DNA of 64,000 nucleotides from Natronospirales bacterium (GTDB lineage Bacteria; Pseudomonadota; Gammaproteobacteria; Natronospirales; REEB76): NCBI GenBank assembly GCA_021792635.1, contig JAJYUH010000013.1, positions 2,862 to 66,861 of the forward strand, read 5' to 3'. Shown piece by piece: positions 59,315 to 64,000 of this stretch (position 1 is its first letter; each line of letters starts with the position of its first letter). The notes under the pieces were generated by a model. It saw only the letters and a program-made list of their open reading frames with translations, ran no database searches and was not told where the DNA came from. The position numbers and the translations under genes were made by a program.

Positions 59315-61050
59315 TTTTCTACCCAGCCGGTTTCAAGACTGAGCGCTTGCACGCGGGTCGATTCCGGATTGAGAACGCCGCGAGCCACGGCGCGTATAAA
59401 ATTCCGGTCCTCGCGTGCATTGATGGCAAACATCGCCGCACCCATCTGGCGTGCCACTTGCGTCAACAGCTTGCGCTCCTCGGCAGCGTAATGCTCCCCG
59501 GGCCGGTTGGCGCATACCAGCACGCCCTGCAAGCCACTCTGGGTCGTCATGGGAAACGCATAACCATCACTACCCAAGGCACTGTGCAGCTCCGACAAAT
59601 CAATCTCATTTTGCCCAGTGCGTGCCGCCGCGAAGGCGGCATCGTCAATTTTCACGCTCTCCGGGTAGGCAATCCCCCCCTCGCGGCATGCCGCAGTGTA
59701 TGTGTCACCCTTACGCAAGTATATGGCGACGCCGGGCATGCCCAGCCTCTCACGCAGGGTTTGCGTGGCCGCCGTCAATAGTTCCTCGATATGTTCATAG
59801 CCTTCACAGTGGCGTGCGAAGCGCCGCAGCGCCTTCTCCGCCAGGTACTTCTTCCTGAAGAACACTTGCTCCACGATCCTATCCAGATACAGCCGCACCC
59901 GGCTGAGCACGATGCCCAAGGCCAGCGGCACGATGACCTGAAGCAAGAGGCTCGCACTGGTGCCCAGCGCGGCGTGTTCCACCAAACTGTTGACGGCCGC
60001 GAGCATGCCCACCACGAGCGCGGTCATGCCGCCATACACCAGGGTGTGATCCAGGACCACCGAGATGTCCATCACGCGGTGGCGCAGTACCGCGTACAGG
60101 AAGCCGGCCATGGCGATCGGCAATATCAGGGTATTCGTGATTTGCGAGGCCAGAAACCCCAGTAACGGCGTGTTATTCAGGAAAATCGCGGTCACGAACA
60201 CCACGCTGCTCCACAGCATCCAACGCAGTCGCAGCCGCTGTGCTCCGTCCGCATGGCGATAGTTCGCGAACAGCAGGACGACCGGCACGAAGTAACTGGC
60301 CGTCAAGATAAACCCATACTGGGGCCGCAAGAATTCCGCCCAACCGTAAGCGACGAAGACGAGGACCCCGCCCAATTTCGCGACAGCCCCCGCACCGAGG
60401 AGGAGGAGAAAGCTCGCGCGCCAGAGTGTCCGGTTCCGATGGCTGAGCGCGGCGCCGACCATGGACTCGACCATCATGTAGAAGCCGACCCGCGCGAGCA
60501 GGTACAACACACCGACGCCCAATTGGACACTCAGCCCGAGACCGCCATCCAGTGGCAAGGAGCTAACCGCGATGCCGACCACCGAGGCGATCGCCCAGAG
60601 CGCCAGGCCCGCGGCGGCCCGGTCGCGGCCGCGCCACGCGGCGAGCAGCGCAATGCCGCCGAACGGTACGACGACGAAAAAAAACGCCCACTCCGACCAC
60701 CGCATGCCGGTGCCGGTGCTGGTATCGACATTCGTGACCGGCACCATGACGATTGCCCGCCCGCGACGGATCGCGAACTCGTAGGTGCGCCCGGCGGGAT
60801 CGAACTGAGTGAATCGGCTGATTGCTATGCGGGTTGCTTGCGGCGTCGCGGCGAGATCCACCCGATCGCCTGGCTCGAGGGCCTTCGGCAGCGGGATGCC
60901 GGGAATCGGCACGATCACCGCGGTATGGGAATTCACGACGTTGACTGAAAACGGCATTCCAGAGGGCTGGAATACCCTGACACTGGCGTACGTAACGGCC
61001 AGCACGACGGCGGCCGTGAGCAGTAGCAAAAGCCCGTAGCGACGATGCAT
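59311..61050 (-). CDS. Polytopic membrane protein with N-terminal extracytoplasmic domain and C-terminal GAF-like domain (paralogue 1 of 3)
   Basis: ORF 59311..61062. ATG 61050 (GGAG 6 nt upstream) gives MHRRYGLLLLL..., matching the paralogue 2 start MQRRYTLLVLI. TM1, ~100-aa loop (PFSVNVVNSHTAVIV...EPGDRVDLAA...), about 9 more TMs, conserved LRHRVMDIS. C-terminal ~170 aa has a GAF-like pattern (...GVAIYLRKGDTY...GYAFPMTTQSGLQGVLVCANRPGEHYAAEERKLLTQVARQMGAAM). Confidence 0.75.
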   Translation of the reverse strand: MHRRYGLLLLLTAAVVLAVTYASVRVFQPSGMPFSVNVVNSHTAVIVPIPGIPLPKALEPGDRVDLAATPQATRIAISRFTQFDPAGRTYEFAIRRGRAIVMVPVTNVDTSTGTGMRWSEWAFFFVVVPFGGIALLAAWRGRDRAAAGLALWAIASVVGIAVSSLPLDGGLGLSVQLGVGVLYLLARVGFYMMVESMVGAALSHRNRTLWRASFLLLLGAGAVAKLGGVLVFVAYGWAEFLRPQYGFILTASYFVPVVLLFANYRHADGAQRLRLRWMLWSSVVFVTAIFLNNTPLLGFLASQITNTLILPIAMAGFLYAVLRHRVMDISVVLDHTLVYGGMTALVVGMLAAVNSLVEHAALGTSASLLLQVIVPLALGIVLSRVRLYLDRIVEQVFFRKKYLAEKALRRFARHCEGYEHIEELLTAATQTLRERLGMPGVAIYLRKGDTYTAACREGGIAYPESVKIDDAAFAAARTGQNEIDLSELHSALGSDGYAFPMTTQSGLQGVLVCANRPGEHYAAEERKLLTQVARQMGAAMFAINAREDRNFIRAVARGVLNPESTRVQALSLETGWVEN

Positions 61051-61168
61051 GGCCATCTCCAATTATCGTTATATCGAAGCGTGCGCAATGCACACACAGT
61101 TTCTAATTCAATCGGCATGCGGCATTCCTTACACCAAACCGGAAAGCTCGCTACCTGTCACCGACCCA

Positions 61169-62938
61169 TCAGCCTGCAGAAGCCAGGCTGGTCAACTCAA
61201 GCGCTTTCGCCCGCACCTCGGCTGGAACGGGCAGCACACCGCTCGCCAGGGCATCCACGAGTTTCGCCCTGGCTTCCAGATTCTGCATGCTTTCCTGCAC
61301 TCGCAAGGCGTGCAGTGCCACGCCCACCTGATAAGCCACGTTGGCGAGCAGCCGGCGCTCATCCGCCGTGTACTGTTCACCCGGGCGCGGGCCGCATACC
61401 AGTGCGCCTATCACAGTACCCCGTGCACCCAGGGGAAATACATAGCCCTCAGGGCCAAGTGCACTTCCAAGTTCATGCATATCCACCTCGTGCTCGCCGG
61501 CACGCAAGCGCACGAATCCCATGTCATCGGTCGCTATCTGTCCGGGGAACTCCAGGCTGCCCTGGCTTCGCAAGCGTGCGTACCCATCGTGATCACTGCC
61601 ATACAGGGCCACGCCCTGTGCGCTGCTGTGGCGGAAAACCTGTTCAACAGCAAGATCCAGCAGATTCTTTTGCTCCTTTATGAATGCGCAGCTTTGCGCA
61701 AACTCATTGAGCGCGGTCTCTGCTCGATATCTGCGCCTGAACAAGAAGCGGCTGATATAACCGTCCATACGCATACGCAGAGTATTAAAACTGATGCCAA
61801 GCAACAGCGGCACCAGGAGCTCAAGCGTCAGGTTTGCACCATGGCCAAGCGCAGCGTGTTCCACAACGCTGTTCATGGCGGCGAAGATGCCGATGATGAT
61901 ACTGGTGGTGACGGTGTAAACGAGGGCCCGGCTGATGACGAATGAGACATCCACCACCCGGTGCCGCAGCACGGTATATACAAACCCTGACATACTGAGG
62001 ATGAAAAAAACACTCTGCACAACATTACTGGTTGCAATCTCGAGCAAAGTTGAATTGCTGAAGAAAACCGATACGTACAGCAGCAGGGTGCTCAACAGCA
62101 ACCAACGAATTCGCAAGCGTTGGGCGAGGTTTGCGGGCGTGTAGCTCAGAAGCAGCAGAACAGCCGGAACCATATAGCTTGCGGTAAAAATAATTCCGGT
62201 TACCGGCAGTACCAAGCCAGCCCAGCCGTTCATCGCAAACACTATGGGCCCGCCAATCATCAGGGCGGCCCCCAAGCCGATGATCACGATAAAACCAGAA
62301 CGCACGAGTGTGCGGGTGCGTGGAGTGAGTACCTCCCCTACTATGGTTTCAATCAGCATGTAAAATCCAATGCGGGCGAAAAGAAAGAAGATAAGGGCGC
62401 CTAACTGCATGCCCAATCCCAGCATGCCATCCAACGGCGAGCCCTCCATTGCGAAACCCGGCAGCCAGACAATAAGCCAGAACGCCATGTAACGGCTGGC
62501 ACGATCCCGGCCACGCCAGAGAGCCAGCAACGCCAGACAGCCCATAAGCACATAAAACACGAAATAAACCCACTGGGAAAACCGTAAGCTTCGGCTTGTG
62601 CCCCAATCAACGGTGGTGACCGGGATTACGGTAGGTTGCACACCACGCTGGATCGCCAGTTGATAGGTCCGTGCCCGAGGCAGTTGACCCTCAAGGTTCG
62701 TGATACTGATGGCGATACGGGCTGGTCGGTTCAGGGCCGCCAGATCAATCCGGTCACCCGGCTCGATGCCGACCGGAAGCGCAAGCCCTCCGGTTGAACG
62801 TACGACCGCAGTGTGGGCATCCGCGATAGTGACTGAGAACGGCAGCCCATATTCATGGAACAGGAACCAGCAGGTAGCGGCATCGCATACCACGATGAAC
62901 ACGGAAATCAATACCAGCAGCGTGTAACGACGTTGCAT
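61169..62938 (-). CDS. Polytopic membrane protein with C-terminal GAF-like domain (paralogue 2 of 3)
   Basis: 589 aa, GGGAGAA RBS. Same architecture (PFSVTIADAHTAVV...EPGDRIDLAAL; LRHRVVDVS; ...GYVFPLGARGTVIGALVCGPRPGEQYTADERRLLANVAYQVGVAL). The most diverged of the three. Confidence 0.75.
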   Translation of the reverse strand: MQRRYTLLVLISVFIVVCDAATCWFLFHEYGLPFSVTIADAHTAVVRSTGGLALPVGIEPGDRIDLAALNRPARIAISITNLEGQLPRARTYQLAIQRGVQPTVIPVTTVDWGTSRSLRFSQWVYFVFYVLMGCLALLALWRGRDRASRYMAFWLIVWLPGFAMEGSPLDGMLGLGMQLGALIFFLFARIGFYMLIETIVGEVLTPRTRTLVRSGFIVIIGLGAALMIGGPIVFAMNGWAGLVLPVTGIIFTASYMVPAVLLLLSYTPANLAQRLRIRWLLLSTLLLYVSVFFSNSTLLEIATSNVVQSVFFILSMSGFVYTVLRHRVVDVSFVISRALVYTVTTSIIIGIFAAMNSVVEHAALGHGANLTLELLVPLLLGISFNTLRMRMDGYISRFLFRRRYRAETALNEFAQSCAFIKEQKNLLDLAVEQVFRHSSAQGVALYGSDHDGYARLRSQGSLEFPGQIATDDMGFVRLRAGEHEVDMHELGSALGPEGYVFPLGARGTVIGALVCGPRPGEQYTADERRLLANVAYQVGVALHALRVQESMQNLEARAKLVDALASGVLPVPAEVRAKALELTSLASAG

Positions 62939-63054
62939 GAAATTCTCCCGTTATCCCCAAGCGTGCGTAAAGAGCATATGTTAATCTGCTGGCAGTAATA
63001 TGCGCAGATTTCGCGCTTCCCGGTAATGCATATTGTGACCGTACCGCGGGTACC

Positions 63055-64000
63055 TCAGCCCGACGAAGCTTGGCTCACCAGTTCGTGCGCTTTGGCCCGA
63101 AGCTCGGGTGAGGCAGGGAATTCACCGCTCGCCAGGGCATCCACGAGTTTCGCTTTGGCTTGCATGCGCAGAGCATGCAGTGCTACGCCCATCTGATGCG
63201 CGACGTAGGTCAGGAGTTTGCGCTCATCGGCGGCGTAGTGCTCACCCGGCCGGTTGGCGCATACCAGCACCCCCTGCAATTCATCGAACGCGGTCATGGG
63301 GAACACATATCCGTCGGTTCCAAGCGCGCTCGTCAGTTCTGACAGGTCAATGTCCTTCTGATCAGCACGCACCGCCACAAAAGCGACATCATCTATTTCC
63401 ATTTGTTCTGGATAAGCCACTTCGCCTTCCTGGCGAACACGGGCATAGCCCTCACCCTTGCGTTCGTAGATTACGATACCTCGTGCGCCCAAGTGCCTGC
63501 GGATCTCCGTGGTAGCCTCCTCAAACAGACGACCGGTCCGCTCATATCGGGTGCAGTGCCGTGCAAAGCGCCGCAGCGTCTTCTCCGCCAAATACTTTCT
63601 CCGGAAGAACACCTGCTCCACCATCCGATCCAGGTACGTCCGTACCCGGCTGAGCACGATGCCCAGGGAAAGCGGCACGATAACCTGCAAGAGCAGGCTG
63701 GCATTGGTACCGAGCGCCGCACGTTCGACAAGACTGTTGACGGCCGCGAGCACGCCGACTACGACGGCCGTCATGCCGCCGTATACTATTGTGTGATCAA
63801 TGACCACCGAAACATCCACCACCCGGTGACGCAGCAGGGCATACAGGAAGCCGCTCAAGGAGAGCACCAGCGCGGCGTTGGTCACAATGGAAGAAACCTG
63901 GGGTCCGAGTACGGCCGTATTGTTCAAAAAAATGTTGACTACAAATATCACGCTGCTCCACAGCATCCAGCGCAGCCGCAGCCGCCTTACGCTGTCCGCG
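63055..64000 (-). CDS. Polytopic membrane protein with C-terminal GAF-like domain (paralogue 3 of 3), 5-prime end beyond the window
   Basis: The reading frame is open from the stop at 63055 to the window end (the track reports only 63055..63966 from an internal Met). By eye about two-thirds identical to paralogue 1 over the visible 315 codons (LRHRVVDVS, ...GYVFPMTAFDELQGVLVCANRPGEHYAADERKLLTYVAHQMGVAL). Confidence 0.75.
   Translation of the reverse strand, partial: ADSVRRLRLRWMLWSSVIFVVNIFLNNTAVLGPQVSSIVTNAALVLSLSGFLYALLRHRVVDVSVVIDHTIVYGGMTAVVVGVLAAVNSLVERAALGTNASLLLQVIVPLSLGIVLSRVRTYLDRMVEQVFFRRKYLAEKTLRRFARHCTRYERTGRLFEEATTEIRRHLGARGIVIYERKGEGYARVRQEGEVAYPEQMEIDDVAFVAVRADQKDIDLSELTSALGTDGYVFPMTAFDELQGVLVCANRPGEHYAADERKLLTYVAHQMGVALHALRMQAKAKLVDALASGEFPASPELRAKAHELVSQASSG

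Overview
This is a 64-kb, gene-dense, GC-rich chromosomal segment that looks like a Gram-negative (beta/gamma-proteobacterial type) genome. I can support about 56 protein-coding genes plus a few promoter, operator and terminator structures. I see no rRNA, tRNA, CRISPR array, transposase or integrase. All calls come from reading the translated ORFs and the DNA by eye. No searches were run, and identities quoted are by-eye estimates. Left end (1-10.6 kb): a two-partner secretion operon lies back-to-back with a PP2C phosphatase / 1444-aa Hanks kinase / small membrane protein operon. The secretion operon is TpsB plus a large TpsA exoprotein that runs off the window and is therefore absent from the ORF track. 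The kinase carries a C-terminal FGE-sulfatase-like domain. Middle (10.6-53 kb): mostly housekeeping genes (dusA, pdxH, typA, fadH, arfB, sdaA, putA, poxB, icd). This part also holds a MacAB-like four-gene efflux operon with a clear promoter and palindromic operator, a glycerophosphodiester/glycerol-3-P operon, and GGDEF and HD-GYP c-di-GMP enzymes. There is a csoR-copA copper locus with a perfect 10-bp inverted repeat over the csoR start, and a secreted His/Met/Lys-repeat protein. Next to that protein is a 1.1-kb ORF-free convergent gap that may hold a decayed cupredoxin gene or an RNA. Right end (53-64 kb) is the most unusual part. The 5-prime end of an arnD-like deformylase gene is present three times in direct orientation, with an identical 23-nt core. 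The copies bracket exactly two cargo modules: a second four-gene efflux operon and a ParE/RelE toxin-antitoxin pair. Immediately upstream on the coding strand are three tandem paralogues of a ~10-TM protein with a C-terminal GAF-like domain and no recognisable output domain. These last two observations are my best candidates for something not yet described. Both are hypotheses that need database and experimental checks.
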